From positions 1 through 58,919 of IMG/VR virus record IMGVR_UViG_3300022871_000577: a stretch of 58,919 nucleotides of DNA; one strand, written 5' to 3'. The DNA comes from a virus. Lineage: Duplodnaviria > Caudoviricetes. The position numbers were made by a program, and so were the translations under genes. Shown piece after piece: positions 18,082 to 29,029 of this stretch; within the stretch, counting starts at the first letter, position 1, and each line of letters begins with the position of its first letter. The notes under the pieces were generated by a model. It saw nothing but the letters and a program-made list of their open reading frames with translations. It did no database searches and was not told the origin of the DNA.

Positions 18082-20457
18082 ATGGCAGAGCGAAATCTAC
18101 AAATAAACATGAAAATTGGTCTACAGCAGGCCAAGTCCAGTATAGGTGCTTTTAGAGGTAGCTTAAATGGTTTAAAAGGAGCTTTTAGAGCTTTAGGTAG
18201 AGTTGGCGGTAAATCTATAAGTTTTCTAAAGAGAAAGTTACAGGGTTTACGAGGCATATCAAATCTAATTAAATCTTCCTTTAGAGCTGTTTTTAGAACA
18301 GGAATCGTTGCAGGATTCTTCTTTGCATTTAGAGCAGGTATGCAAACTATCACTAATCTTAAAGAAAGCATAATGGGTTTAACCGGTGAGTTTGCTAAAC
18401 TTAGATTAAAGGCTACAGAAACCGCCGCTATTATTACCGGTGGTGGAGATGCTTTTACGGCAACCTTTCAAGAAGCTCTAACTTTAGCCAGACAATTATC
18501 AACTGAAATAGGTTTTACTGCACAAGAGATTCAAAATGGTCTTGTAACGGCCGCTCGTTCTGGTCTTTCTTTAACTGATTCGTTTAATTTAACAAATTCT
18601 GCAATGATGTTAGCCACCGCCAATGGTGAAGATTTTCAAACTACTCTAAATGATTTGATTGGAGTTTCTAGAGCTTTCAATGTTGAGTTAGATGACATGG
18701 GAACTTTTGCTGATGCTTTATCGGCCGCAGTTACAAAGTCAAATGTTAGTTTGGGGGGATTGTTTGCAGGGCTTAAAAAAGTAGCACCTGTTGCTTCTAC
18801 TGCTTTCGGTTCTAGTGCTGAAACTATAGCTGATACGACTGCCGCCTTGATGACCTTAAACGATACGGGTATGCAATCAGAGAGAGCTGGTACCGGTCTA
18901 AGAGCCGCCATGCAGAAACTACTTGGTGGTACCGGAAGAACAACTACTGCATTTGCTAAATACGGTATTAATATGTTTAAGGCAAATGGAGAGTCTCAAA
19001 AATATTTGGACACATTATTAAAAGCACAAAAAGCAACGCAAGGCACAGAAGATAAAATCAATAGTTTAAAGAACGCTGAAATGGAAATGCTTATTGCAGG
19101 AAAGCAAAATACTTCAGCATTTCAAGATATTCAAAAAGAATTAGGTGAGACAGATTCTTATTTAAATACATTAAAAAAGGGTCTAGATACTGTCTACGAA
19201 CAGTTTACATTAGCTGGGGGTAAATTAAAGCCATTATCTGCTGTATTAGATGAGATAGCCTCAAAAGCGCCTATAGAGGTTGTTGGACGAGCCTTTGGTA
19301 TTCGAGGTGGTGCTCCAATGATGCAGATTTTACAAAATATAGAAAAGTTTAAGAAGTTTAAGAAAATTGTAGAAGAGTCTCAAGAAGCCTCGGCTAAAGG
19401 TCAGAGTCTTACTAAAGATATGTACATGAAATTTTTAGATACTGTTCTTATTGGCTGGCAAAGAATTAAGAATACTGCAATGGCTATATTAGGTTCAATA
19501 GGTGATGGATTTTTTGAAGCTGTAAAACCTTTAATCGGTCCCGTTCAAAATGTATTGACTGATATTTTTAATGCGATAGATAAGCATAAGGGGGCGTTTG
19601 CTGAAATATTTAAAGGTGTTGCTGACCTACTTTTACCGGTATTGGCTCAAATGCAAATGTTTGGTCAAGGCTTTGGTTTAGCTCTTAGTGATGTTCTTAC
19701 TAAAGGCTCGGAGGCAAATGTTCCTGTTTTACGACCAGATGGTAAAGAAGGGCAGTTAAAAATAGAGCATGTAAAGATTACGGGAACTGTTCCGGAGAAG
19801 CTAAAAAAGGCATTTAAATTATTAGGCGAATCTTTTATTAGTGTACTAAGAGCCGGTTTAAAGAAGTTAAATCCTGCTTTTAAGTATTTAGCAGAAGTAT
19901 TTGCAGATGGATTTGCTGTATCAATACAGGCTAAGAGTATGCTTCTTATGAATATAGGTGCTAAAATTGGTGGCGCAATGGCTTTAGCATTTGGTAAGGC
20001 ATTTATGGCCGCTGTTCCTGATATGTTACAAGCTTTCGCAGATATATCATCAACATTAGGTATCGGAGATAAAATTAGAGTTGGCGGTAAGGTTCTAGGT
20101 ATGGATATAAGTAATCCTTTTGGTGCAGGCAATACTCAAAAAGCCGCAACTGCTGTTAAAGCTAAAAAGCAACAAGAAGAGGACAATAAGGCTAATATAG
20201 CTAATAAGAATAAAACAGGTTTTAGTAGATTACATCAGATTACAAATACACCATCGGGAGCTTCAAGTTGGATTACACCTAGCAGTCTTAAATTCTCTAA
20301 TAGTGGTGATTCTTTAAAAGGTGCCCTTGATGGTTTAAAGGCAGGAACAACAAAACAGAATGAAAATGCTATAATTTTGCGTAATGGCGTTTGGACTAAT
20401 CAAAAAGCTATCGAAGCTACAAATAGACTTATTAAACAATACGGTGCTCAAAGATAA
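18082..20457 (+). CDS. tail tape measure protein (TP901-type core)
   Basis: FTAQEIQNGLVTAARSG, ADALSAAVTKSN, G...ERAGTGLR; long Ala/Gly-rich helical protein. Confidence 0.9.
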   Translation: MAERNLQINMKIGLQQAKSSIGAFRGSLNGLKGAFRALGRVGGKSISFLKRKLQGLRGISNLIKSSFRAVFRTGIVAGFFFAFRAGMQTITNLKESIMGLTGEFAKLRLKATETAAIITGGGDAFTATFQEALTLARQLSTEIGFTAQEIQNGLVTAARSGLSLTDSFNLTNSAMMLATANGEDFQTTLNDLIGVSRAFNVELDDMGTFADALSAAVTKSNVSLGGLFAGLKKVAPVASTAFGSSAETIADTTAALMTLNDTGMQSERAGTGLRAAMQKLLGGTGRTTTAFAKYGINMFKANGESQKYLDTLLKAQKATQGTEDKINSLKNAEMEMLIAGKQNTSAFQDIQKELGETDSYLNTLKKGLDTVYEQFTLAGGKLKPLSAVLDEIASKAPIEVVGRAFGIRGGAPMMQILQNIEKFKKFKKIVEESQEASAKGQSLTKDMYMKFLDTVLIGWQRIKNTAMAILGSIGDGFFEAVKPLIGPVQNVLTDIFNAIDKHKGAFAEIFKGVADLLLPVLAQMQMFGQGFGLALSDVLTKGSEANVPVLRPDGKEGQLKIEHVKITGTVPEKLKKAFKLLGESFISVLRAGLKKLNPAFKYLAEVFADGFAVSIQAKSMLLMNIGAKIGGAMALAFGKAFMAAVPDMLQAFADISSTLGIGDKIRVGGKVLGMDISNPFGAGNTQKAATAVKAKKQQEEDNKANIANKNKTGFSRLHQITNTPSGASSWITPSSLKFSNSGDSLKGALDGLKAGTTKQNENAIILRNGVWTNQKAIEATNRLIKQYGAQR

Positions 20458-20466
20458 GGATTTAAT

Positions 20467-20853
20467 ATGAGTGTTCATGCTACACGACGTGTGAAATGGA
20501 AGAGTATTTTTGTTGGAGATTACGCTTATGTTTCGTTTGATTATAACTCAAATAACGATATTAGAATTATCCCTAAAGCAAAGGGCGTTAAGATAAGAGC
20601 CACGTCTGAGTTAGGCGGAGGATACTTAGCTATCTCTGTCAATGCGTTAGTTGCAAAAGATAATAGATTTGAATTAGAACAATATTTTTATAATATGGAT
20701 AGTAATTTTTCAGTAACAGAAAAAGGTGATTTAGTAATATCTGACGATAATGGGACAATGACATTAACTGATTGTTATTTAGAGAGTTTTACGCAATCAG
20801 GAGATGATTTAAAAGTAGCTACTTTTAGTTTAAAATTTATTAAAAGTCTATAA
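20467..20853 (+). CDS. probable distal tail protein
   Basis: 128 aa beta-rich ORF directly after tape measure. Confidence 0.45.
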   Translation: MSVHATRRVKWKSIFVGDYAYVSFDYNSNNDIRIIPKAKGVKIRATSELGGGYLAISVNALVAKDNRFELEQYFYNMDSNFSVTEKGDLVISDDNGTMTLTDCYLESFTQSGDDLKVATFSLKFIKSL

Positions 20854-20932
20854 TAGTAAATTGAATTTATAATAGGAGTTAATCAACGTATGGCCAATCC
20901 ACTAAATAATTCGTTCTTGCGAGGGTGCTGAA

Positions 20933-23900
20933 GTGTCCTATACTACAACATTTACGGAATTAAATTCGTTAGATGATTCTGAGGTTTCTATTTATTCAGA
21001 CGCAGGTAGAACTATAGAAGTCGCAGGCTCACCAATTACAACTGCTGGCGGAGGTGTTGCTACTCTTGATTTAGTAAATGGCACATATTATTATACTGCC
21101 TCAAAATTTGGTTATGATGATTTAGAAGATTCTTTTACTATAGCTGATGCTATTGAAGCTGTGGATTTCACATTAGTAGCATCATGGTTAACAGGTTGGA
21201 CATATAGAAAAAAAATAACTATAGACCATGCTGAAATAGATGCAACTCTTACAAATTTTCCGTCTTTAGTTAAATTAACAACAACTAATTTTGATTTTTC
21301 TAAAGTTGAAACCAATTTAGATGATATTCGTTTTACATCTTCTGATGGAAAAACATTATTAAAATATGAATTAGATTCTAATGATGCTACACCTACGTTT
21401 GCTAATTTTTGGGTAAAAATTCCTTCTGTATCTAGTACCGTTGACACAGATTTTTATATTTATTACGGATATGCTTCAGCTACTAATGGAGAAGATGCTT
21501 CTAATGTATGGGATTCTGATTATAAAGCTATTTATCATTTACAGGAAACTTGTGATGGAACAGCAGATGAAATAAAAGATTCTTCTGGAAATTCATATGA
21601 TTTAACAGGACAATCACCGTATTTAACACAAGAAAATGGATTTATTGGTAAAGCATTAAATGGTGGTTCTAATGGTTATGCAAAAAAATCTGCGAGTAGT
21701 GCTGATTTAGATTTAATTGGGGATTTTGTTTTAGAGTGGAAGATGCGTTGGGACACTACTGTAACAAAATGTTCTCTTATGGGTAAATCGCAGGGTGGCG
21801 GTCCGGCAGTTAAATGGGTTTTAAATTTTAAAGGTCTTTATTCCGCAGATACCATGAATTTTATGATGGGTTTTGGGGGTTCCGAATCTTGGGTTCGATT
21901 CGGTTGGGTTCCAGCGGCCGATACAGACTATAATTGTGCTATGCGAAGAGATGGCAATGATTGGAAATTTTTTGTAAATGGTGTTCAAACAGATACTACT
22001 CAATCAAATTCTAGCACAGTTTTAGCATCTACTACACCTTTTCATTTATTTACAGATGGCGAAGCTTGGAAGTATTTTGATGGCTTATTAGATGAGGTTA
22101 GAGTTACTAAAGGCGATTCTCGTTCCGATGCTTATATTACAGCAATGCACTCTTCCGATACAGATGATTTATTAACATTTGGTGCAGAAGAAAATGAGAA
22201 TCCTTTAGGTACAGTAGATTTATACCCTAAATTAGATTGGATTACAAATAATCCTGATATTCAAAAAACACCTTCTTTAGATTGGCTAACAAAGCAATCT
22301 GATATTCAAAAAACACCTTCTTTAGACTGGTTAGCTAAGCCTGAACACAGATTTTGCCCTAATTTAATTAATTATGAATTTGATTTTTTAACACCTACTA
22401 TTTATAGTAGCAAGAATACCGCAACTGTTTCTGGTATTTTACACTCGCTAACTCTTAATATGAAGAATACGGGAAGTTCTGGAAGCACGATTATTGAGCT
22501 ATACTACGATAATGTATTAATTACTACAAAAACAATTACTGCTGATAATGCTGAATATAATGATATAGAATATTTTGATATGACAGATTTAATTTATCCT
22601 AAAGATATTTTTGAAGTTAAGATTACGCAAGTAGCTGTTGGCTGTTCAGATTTAAAAATAGGTGTTTACGAAATGACCTTTCCATTTGCAGTAGAAAAGT
22701 CTTTCATCGGAAATATAAAAGATAGTACAGAGATAGTTTCTATTAATAGAGATTATTTATTTAACAATGCAGATTATTGGACTATTGACTTTAATCAACC
22801 TCTAAATTCTGTAGCATCTGTTACAGGACTCAATGTTAATGGTGATACGGTCAATTTCACACCTGAGTTAATTGACGGAGATTTTTATAATAGTAGAATA
22901 AAAGTTACACCTTCTACGCTATCTAATATAGAAAAGCTTTCTATTAAAGCAACAGATTTAAATAATAAAAATTATTCTTTTATTTTTTATCCAACTGCAA
23001 AAAATTATATGGCAGAGTATCCTTTCTATGTTTCTAATGACGAAGAAGAAATAGAGATATTTACTCCTGCAACATATTATAAATATAGTTTCGATTTGGG
23101 CGTTACTTGGTCTGACTGGGAGGCTGTTTCGACCACAGATACGATGACAATAGATTTTTCTGCTCAGACAGAGGGGTTAAAAACATTAACTGTAAGATAT
23201 AGAAATGCTACGACTGAATTTGAGGAAGATGTAGAGATTTATTATGTTCTAGGTGAGATTTCGTGCGGAGTTAATTTCGTAGAAAAAGATGCGAAGTTAT
23301 CCTATACTGATGATGTTCCTTTAGATAGAGTTGAAGTGTATTATGATGATGTTTTAACGGACACTTTAGAATTACAGATTGTTATGGGAATGGAGACAGT
23401 AACTTTAAATACTACAGCTAAAACACTTACTGTAAGTGAAGGCTATGTTTATGCGAATAATAGAACATATTATTATGATGGTGCGGTTTTAGCTTTAGAC
23501 CCAGATGTTGCCTCACTTGAAAATAGTGGGTGGAGATATATTTTAGTTTTTAATACGAGTACAAGTTTATTTGAATGGAAAGAGGAAATATTTTATATGA
23601 CTTCTGATGCCATAGAAGAGGTAAAATATGAGGGATGTATTGTCATAGCTATTGCTGATTTTTATACTACTCCTTCACTAAGAGCCGAGGTTATGGAAAG
23701 CTGGATAATGAAACAAATCGCAACTTATTCAAATATTTCAAATTGGAATAGATTTCCTTTAAATTTAGAACAAGATAGTGAAATAAAGATACGAGTTATT
23801 GATGTTGCGAGTAGAGAACGAGATTTTTCTGCTACTTACACTCTAACAAAGTATAATATTTGGCGAACATTAAATGTATCTAGAGATAATGTAGAGGCTA

Positions 23901-24409
23901 GTAATTACACAGGCACTAATTATCCAAAATATGCTTATGACCAAACAGTTGGACACAAATGGGTGTCTGAAGATTTACCTGCATGGAATAGATTTGAGTG
24001 CGGTTTAGATAATAAGAAAACTTTAAAAGAATATTCAGTTACACCATATGACACTTCTCAACCGGGTCTTCCTAAATCGTGGAAAATACAGGGCAGTAAT
24101 GACGGAGGAACTTGGACAGATTTGCATGAAGTAACCGATGAAGTCTCTTGGAGTAGTTATGTTCCAAAAACATATGCAGTAACTAATGATATAGCTTATG
24201 CTTTTTATAGAATATACGTAACTGCTGTTGTTTCCGGAACCGTTGTTCAGTTAATTTATCTGGATTTAAAAGAGACTATAGGCGGAACTCAATTTGCAGT
24301 ATACGCAGAAACAGGTCTCTTACCGGGCGTAATACATCAAAGCTCTACTCTAGAGTTAGATGTTGATACCGAAGATTGGGTTTTAGACGACACGAACGGA
24401 GAAGCATAA
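20933..24409 (+). CDS. large tail protein with DUF2341-like, LamG/ConA and F5/8-like domains (true start may be ATG 20890 via a 1-nt frameshift)
   Basis: WTYRKKITID...DIRFTSSDG..L.YE..FWVKIP...YIYYG; FDGLLDEVRV; PKSWKIQGSNDGGTWTDL. Confidence 0.8.
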   Translation: MSYTTTFTELNSLDDSEVSIYSDAGRTIEVAGSPITTAGGGVATLDLVNGTYYYTASKFGYDDLEDSFTIADAIEAVDFTLVASWLTGWTYRKKITIDHAEIDATLTNFPSLVKLTTTNFDFSKVETNLDDIRFTSSDGKTLLKYELDSNDATPTFANFWVKIPSVSSTVDTDFYIYYGYASATNGEDASNVWDSDYKAIYHLQETCDGTADEIKDSSGNSYDLTGQSPYLTQENGFIGKALNGGSNGYAKKSASSADLDLIGDFVLEWKMRWDTTVTKCSLMGKSQGGGPAVKWVLNFKGLYSADTMNFMMGFGGSESWVRFGWVPAADTDYNCAMRRDGNDWKFFVNGVQTDTTQSNSSTVLASTTPFHLFTDGEAWKYFDGLLDEVRVTKGDSRSDAYITAMHSSDTDDLLTFGAEENENPLGTVDLYPKLDWITNNPDIQKTPSLDWLTKQSDIQKTPSLDWLAKPEHRFCPNLINYEFDFLTPTIYSSKNTATVSGILHSLTLNMKNTGSSGSTIIELYYDNVLITTKTITADNAEYNDIEYFDMTDLIYPKDIFEVKITQVAVGCSDLKIGVYEMTFPFAVEKSFIGNIKDSTEIVSINRDYLFNNADYWTIDFNQPLNSVASVTGLNVNGDTVNFTPELIDGDFYNSRIKVTPSTLSNIEKLSIKATDLNNKNYSFIFYPTAKNYMAEYPFYVSNDEEEIEIFTPATYYKYSFDLGVTWSDWEAVSTTDTMTIDFSAQTEGLKTLTVRYRNATTEFEEDVEIYYVLGEISCGVNFVEKDAKLSYTDDVPLDRVEVYYDDVLTDTLELQIVMGMETVTLNTTAKTLTVSEGYVYANNRTYYYDGAVLALDPDVASLENSGWRYILVFNTSTSLFEWKEEIFYMTSDAIEEVKYEGCIVIAIADFYTTPSLRAEVMESWIMKQIATYSNISNWNRFPLNLEQDSEIKIRVIDVASRERDFSATYTLTKYNIWRTLNVSRDNVEASNYTGTNYPKYAYDQTVGHKWVSEDLPAWNRFECGLDNKKTLKEYSVTPYDTSQPGLPKSWKIQGSNDGGTWTDLHEVTDEVSWSSYVPKTYAVTNDIAYAFYRIYVTAVVSGTVVQLIYLDLKETIGGTQFAVYAETGLLPGVIHQSSTLELDVDTEDWVLDDTNGEA
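22229..22340 (+). repeat. 45-bp (15-aa) tandem repeat in tail protein linker
   Basis: LDWITNNPDIQKTPS LDWLTKQSDIQKTPS LDWLAKP. Confidence 0.75.
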
Positions 24410-24410
24410 A

Positions 24411-26927
24411 ATGGAGACATACATATTATTAGACGATAACTCAGGCTGGTTAATAGAAACACCTGTATTAGTTCCTTTAACTTGGCGATATAAGACTACA
24501 ACTCGGGTTTCTTTACAGGGAGATGGGGGCTTACGCACACAAACAGGCGGTGTTATCGGGGGTAGACCCGGCATAAGCACTACATTAGGCGCTTGGACTC
24601 TAGGTGGTTGTGCTACAATAGGTGTCGGAGTTTCTAAAAGTGGTGCAGGCTCTCCATGGAACGGGTTATACTATAGTGAAGTAAGAAAATATAATGGCGA
24701 TACAAAAACCACTCGACTTTGGGGAAAATATACCATTACTAATACAAATACTAATGTTGAGATTGATTGGGAAACATCATTGGCCGGTCTAAAGGCTTCT
24801 TATGACAATAGATTTTATGCTATTGGTGCAGTAAGACCCTGCGATAGTGCAGGAAAAGAGCTTTATCCATCAGAGCTTAGTATTGATGTGAAGAACTTAG
24901 TTAATATAACAAATATGAACGCAGGATATAAGTCTGAAGATGCTGAGGCAAGTGAGCTTTTTGACTTTCAGCAGAATCTTAATTATGACGATTTTGACTC
25001 CGTTACAGGTGCGGAAGACCCTCTAGGAAACCCCATTTCGCAAACATTTCAGAGTTTGAATAGTGCTAATTTACCGGGTGTTACAAATGACGCCGCAGGT
25101 GCAATGTTTTCTACCGCCGCCAATGACGTAATAACGGCAGATGGTATTGGTAGCGTAAGCAATAATAGTGAGTGTACACAGATGTATCTGTTAGTTTATA
25201 TTCAAAGAGTTTATGGCACTTCTGGTACCGTGAATCCTGAAGTTCTGATAGATACTCCGGAATTAGATAAGTCGATGCCGAATGTTAATTTTGGAACTAG
25301 CGGTTCTACAGGTAACGGTTCAAATGATGAGGGTATGAATACCTTTAGTAGTAATTATGGTAATTCAAATCTACCCTTTAATTCCATTTATTTAACTGGC
25401 GCAAATTATAATAGTTTTATCGCCGCTGGTGGGGGTATTGTTTCAAATTCCGGAATATTTCCAATTTCTGATACCTTATATATAGAGTCTGTGAGATTAA
25501 GTGCCGAAGGAAGTTCTGCAACAATTAAAGAGCTTGTTGCTTTTGACAGTACGCCCTCATTAACTATTGGTGATAGATTATACATATATTTATTTAATGA
25601 TAACAATGTAAGTAAGCCTGTATTCTATGGTTTTATTACTTCTCAAAGAAGAAGTCTAAACGGTAGAACTACTGAAATTACTTATGAGTGTAATGATTTA
25701 ACTTATTTTTTAGACCAATTTTATACTCCTTCTCACTATATTTATAGACCACCGTCATATAATGGTTCTGGAGTCGTTAAAACTTATGATAGAGTATTAA
25801 AAGAAATATTAAATATAGCTGGTATTCCAACTGCAATATTAGATATTCCTACCTTTAATTCACCACCAATGAAATGGATATATCAATCTTTAAAGAGTGT
25901 ATTGGAATGGGCATCAGGATTCTTTGGTAACTATGTGTATTATATAGATAAGTATGGAAGATTAAGATTTAGAGCTGTTAGTTCTGGTTCTGTAGTTAAG
26001 TCTTATGCTGTAGGTAGTTTATCTGAAGATAACTGTGTAGAAGCCTTTTCCCCACTTACAGATTACTCTCGTTCTAGAAGTAGAGTAGTTTTAACCGGAG
26101 ACTTCGCAGTTACAGAGAAAAAGATTACTTCTTATTTTGGTAGAGGCGGACAATTAGACCCTAGTGCTTGTGAACAAACAGGTATATTTTGGTTTTATGA
26201 TACCGTAGATGATGACTTATACGATGATAAAGATGGACAAGAGCATAAGTTTTATTATTTTATGTTTAAACCGGGCGAAACCTTAAATGATAAGTTATTA
26301 ACTGATAGAAATAAGTCTTGTAGAGTTGTCATTAAGAATTACAAGAATGAAGATGGCGAGTATGAAGATGTAGAAATATCTCCTAGAGTTTTTAAAACAG
26401 AAGAGGGAGATTCCGAAATTTATTGTGAAGATGATAGATTCAAACAAGGCAGGAGAATAGAGGTTATTTATGCTGTTCGCACAAATTCTCCTATTCAAGT
26501 TGCTACAAACACAGGATATAATGGCGGAACAGAAGTTGTAAGACGACCTGAGTTTAAGAAAGCCACCAGTTTATATGATTCTATAAATGATACTGCTATA
26601 ATGAATAGTTATCTTTCCACATTAAAGGAGTTTTTTAAGCCTGTTTCCGGGGGTTCTTTAGTTGTAGATGGACTAGATTTAGATATTGACTTAATAGACA
26701 AAGTATCTATTACAGGAACTTCTTTACCTGTAGCAGAGTCTACTGGTTTAACTGTATATGGTATTAATTATGATTGCGTTAATCTAAGAACTAATATAGA
26801 ATTATCGAATAAAACAATGCTTAATTTACCATTCTTCGATGTTATGAGAGAACGGTCAAGAAATAAGAATGAGCTGTTAGCTAAAATGGGTATCATAGAA
26901 GATATGACACTCTATAGAAGAGGTTAA
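24411..26927 (+). CDS. tail tip / baseplate hub-like protein
   Basis: VFYGFI...ITYECND...YYIDKYGRLRF hub-like pattern; last large gene of the tail module. Confidence 0.6.
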   Translation: METYILLDDNSGWLIETPVLVPLTWRYKTTTRVSLQGDGGLRTQTGGVIGGRPGISTTLGAWTLGGCATIGVGVSKSGAGSPWNGLYYSEVRKYNGDTKTTRLWGKYTITNTNTNVEIDWETSLAGLKASYDNRFYAIGAVRPCDSAGKELYPSELSIDVKNLVNITNMNAGYKSEDAEASELFDFQQNLNYDDFDSVTGAEDPLGNPISQTFQSLNSANLPGVTNDAAGAMFSTAANDVITADGIGSVSNNSECTQMYLLVYIQRVYGTSGTVNPEVLIDTPELDKSMPNVNFGTSGSTGNGSNDEGMNTFSSNYGNSNLPFNSIYLTGANYNSFIAAGGGIVSNSGIFPISDTLYIESVRLSAEGSSATIKELVAFDSTPSLTIGDRLYIYLFNDNNVSKPVFYGFITSQRRSLNGRTTEITYECNDLTYFLDQFYTPSHYIYRPPSYNGSGVVKTYDRVLKEILNIAGIPTAILDIPTFNSPPMKWIYQSLKSVLEWASGFFGNYVYYIDKYGRLRFRAVSSGSVVKSYAVGSLSEDNCVEAFSPLTDYSRSRSRVVLTGDFAVTEKKITSYFGRGGQLDPSACEQTGIFWFYDTVDDDLYDDKDGQEHKFYYFMFKPGETLNDKLLTDRNKSCRVVIKNYKNEDGEYEDVEISPRVFKTEEGDSEIYCEDDRFKQGRRIEVIYAVRTNSPIQVATNTGYNGGTEVVRRPEFKKATSLYDSINDTAIMNSYLSTLKEFFKPVSGGSLVVDGLDLDIDLIDKVSITGTSLPVAESTGLTVYGINYDCVNLRTNIELSNKTMLNLPFFDVMRERSRNKNELLAKMGIIEDMTLYRRG

Positions 26928-26928
26928 T

Positions 26929-27012
26929 ATGATATACGAAATCATAGCGTTAATAACGCTCATAGTCTTATTGTTTGTAATTAGACACATGCAACATATC
27001 AACATAGTTTAA
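26929..27012 (+). CDS. putative 27-aa membrane peptide
   Basis: GAGG RBS; MIYEIIALITLIVLLFVIRHMQHINIV*. Confidence 0.35.
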   Translation: MIYEIIALITLIVLLFVIRHMQHINIV

Positions 27013-27119
27013 AATATCGTTTATTCTTATATGGTATAGGCATAAAGAAGCAATCTCACTCTAAAGCAAGATTGTATTGTATATAGTAGAAGATGCTCTT
27101 AAAACTCAACCTCGAAAGA

Positions 27120-27344
27120 TTACTGCTTGTTCTTAGTCCAGTTGTAACACCCATAAATATTCACAAAAATAAGAATGATAGATAACACTAACAATGAGTA
27201 GTTACCTAAGAGATGTGCTTGTATTACATAGAGAAGATTCGCTACAATTTGTAGATGCCAACCATAGATTTTCTTTCTAGTCAATAGTAAAGCACCAAAT
27301 AGAAATCCTATATTTCCTACCCAACCTAATATTTGTTCTATCAT
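27120..27344 (-). CDS. small membrane protein, PnuC-like half transporter
   Basis: Three TM helices; RKKIYGW...ANLLY...NIYGCYNW. Confidence 0.55.
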   Translation of the reverse strand: MIEQILGWVGNIGFLFGALLLTRKKIYGWHLQIVANLLYVIQAHLLGNYSLLVLSIILIFVNIYGCYNWTKNKQ

Positions 27345-27688
27345 AATAACTTCTTTCTACATTCATAACATAGAGATTGAACATAAAGACCTGTATCTTT
27401 AGAGACACAATCAAAACTGCCGCACTCTTCACATATCGCTGTACTGCTCATTTCAGCAAGCCTCACTAAATCTGCGATTTTAGTTCGTCTTTCTGCTATT
27501 TTACCTTCTTTATAGTAAACTCTAAGACTACCAAATTTCTGTTTCACCTGAGTAAACCTCACAGTAGAATCTAATGCTATAATGTTCTTACAGAGATTAC
27601 TCATCAATCTGTTCCAACCTGTACCTACATTATAATCGTTACTCGCTAAAGCTCTCTTATAATAAGATTTAATATTATCATTCATCAT
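27341..27688 (-). CDS. conserved phage hypothetical protein with zinc finger
   Basis: GW..L, QVKQKFGSLRVY, CEECG...LCYEC. Confidence 0.65.
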   Translation of the reverse strand: MMNDNIKSYYKRALASNDYNVGTGWNRLMSNLCKNIIALDSTVRFTQVKQKFGSLRVYYKEGKIAERRTKIADLVRLAEMSSTAICEECGSFDCVSKDTGLYVQSLCYECRKKLL

Positions 27689-28174
27689 TAACCTCTATAG
27701 TAGTAGTGTTGTTAGTTAATTTTTTGAATATAAATTTATGCGTAGTTTTCCACTCATTATTAATACATTTATGTATAGATGACCTATTGATATTTAATTC
27801 TCTAGAGGCCTCAGAGATACTGTTAAAAAATTTAATAAAATTATTATTTAAGTCATACTGTATTACTTGAGTAGATAAATTAGTTCTATCGACACGTTTA
27901 CTATTCTCACTTTGTTCAATAAATCTACAGTTAGCATATATGTAGTTATCTTTACTGTCAATTCTATCAATGCTAGGTTTAGTCATTTTAAACGCTTTAT
28001 CGCGCAACCAGAGCTTTTTTATCTCATATTTAGTAATGAGACACTTAATATCTTTAGCACCGTACCATTTATACGCTTTACAGTTTGGATTTTCACATCT
28101 TTCTTATTCTTATCTACATGAAATAGATTGAGTGTTTTAATCTGTCTACATTTACTACATAGTTTAGTATTCAT
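27678..28174 (-). pseudogene. frameshifted HNH-like endonuclease (PSIDRID family) with C-terminal NUMOD1
   Basis: ATG 28174 gives MNTKLCSKCRQIK...KNKKD; RCENPNCKAYKWYG...PSIDRID...NCRF continues in another frame from ~28100; SISEASRELNI NUMOD1. Confidence 0.65.
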
Positions 28175-28806
28175 TATTCAGTCTCTATTATAGTAGGTTC
28201 ATTAGTCATTTTATACTGTTCATCTAAAAGCGCCACGTTATAGAATGAAATCCCGCCAGAGTTTACAACTCTGCCGCCATTCATATGTATGTGACCAAAA
28301 ATTGAGTTCAACGGAGATTTCTTCGTAATCTCCCTTTGCAATATTTCACAACCACATCTTACATCATGTAAATTTCTATCTAAAATTCCATAAGGGGGAC
28401 AATGCGTAATTAAGAAATCTAGATTCTGGGGAACAAGTTCCCAGTTATTCTTTAATTCTATAGAACCTCTTTCATACATGAAAGACCAATTATTGAACAT
28501 AGGACTATAGGGGCTACCATAGAAAGTCTTTCCCATTAATTCTATTGCTTCATTATGTAAGTAATGAGCATTAGTAAATAATTGTTTTGACGTGACGGGA
28601 CCTATTTTTTCAAGAAAAGTGTCGTGATTTCCGGCAATGCAGATAACATGTTTGAAGTTTAAACTACCGAACCAGCAATTCATTTCATATAGAGAAGCTT
28701 CTGATGTAATTCTCATGTCTCCTGCATGAATTAATATATCGCCAGATATAGGATTCAGGTTTAGGTGGAGGCCGTGTGTGTCGCTTATAGCGATAATTCT
28801 AGTCAT
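28174..28806 (-). CDS. calcineurin-like metallophosphoesterase
   Basis: SDTH, HAGD, GNHD, THCPP, GHIH. Confidence 0.9.
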   Translation of the reverse strand: MTRIIAISDTHGLHLNLNPISGDILIHAGDMRITSEASLYEMNCWFGSLNFKHVICIAGNHDTFLEKIGPVTSKQLFTNAHYLHNEAIELMGKTFYGSPYSPMFNNWSFMYERGSIELKNNWELVPQNLDFLITHCPPYGILDRNLHDVRCGCEILQREITKKSPLNSIFGHIHMNGGRVVNSGGISFYNVALLDEQYKMTNEPTIIETE

Positions 28807-28815
28807 TATTACTCC

Positions 28816-29028
28816 TTAGTCAGTAAATATTCTCCCAAATAATCTATCAGGTTTAGCAGAATCACAAGAACATCTTCTATCCTCTACTTTTTTAAAACAC
28901 TCTTTATGGTATTTAATATCTCCGCCATTTCTTTCTAATATGTATTTTTCTCCGACGTTTATATATTGTCCACATTCCCTACATACTGAGTTTAATCTTT
29001 CTTCGTCGTTCTCTATTGTGCCTCTCAT
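28816..29028 (-). CDS. hypothetical zinc-binding protein
   Basis: CRECG...YHKEC. Confidence 0.6.
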   Translation of the reverse strand: MRGTIENDEERLNSVCRECGQYINVGEKYILERNGGDIKYHKECFKKVEDRRCSCDSAKPDRLFGRIFTD

Positions 29029-29029
29029 C

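Noticed and set aside
859-26498. Other short minus-strand ORFs in the structural arm (and plus-strand ORFs in the minus arm)
   Set aside because: Antisense to well-supported genes, lacking RBS and recognisable motifs.
26947-26961. Palindrome AGCGTTAATAACGCT as a terminator at the convergence of the two arms
   Set aside because: Short stem with minimal loop and no T tract; lies inside a possible small ORF.
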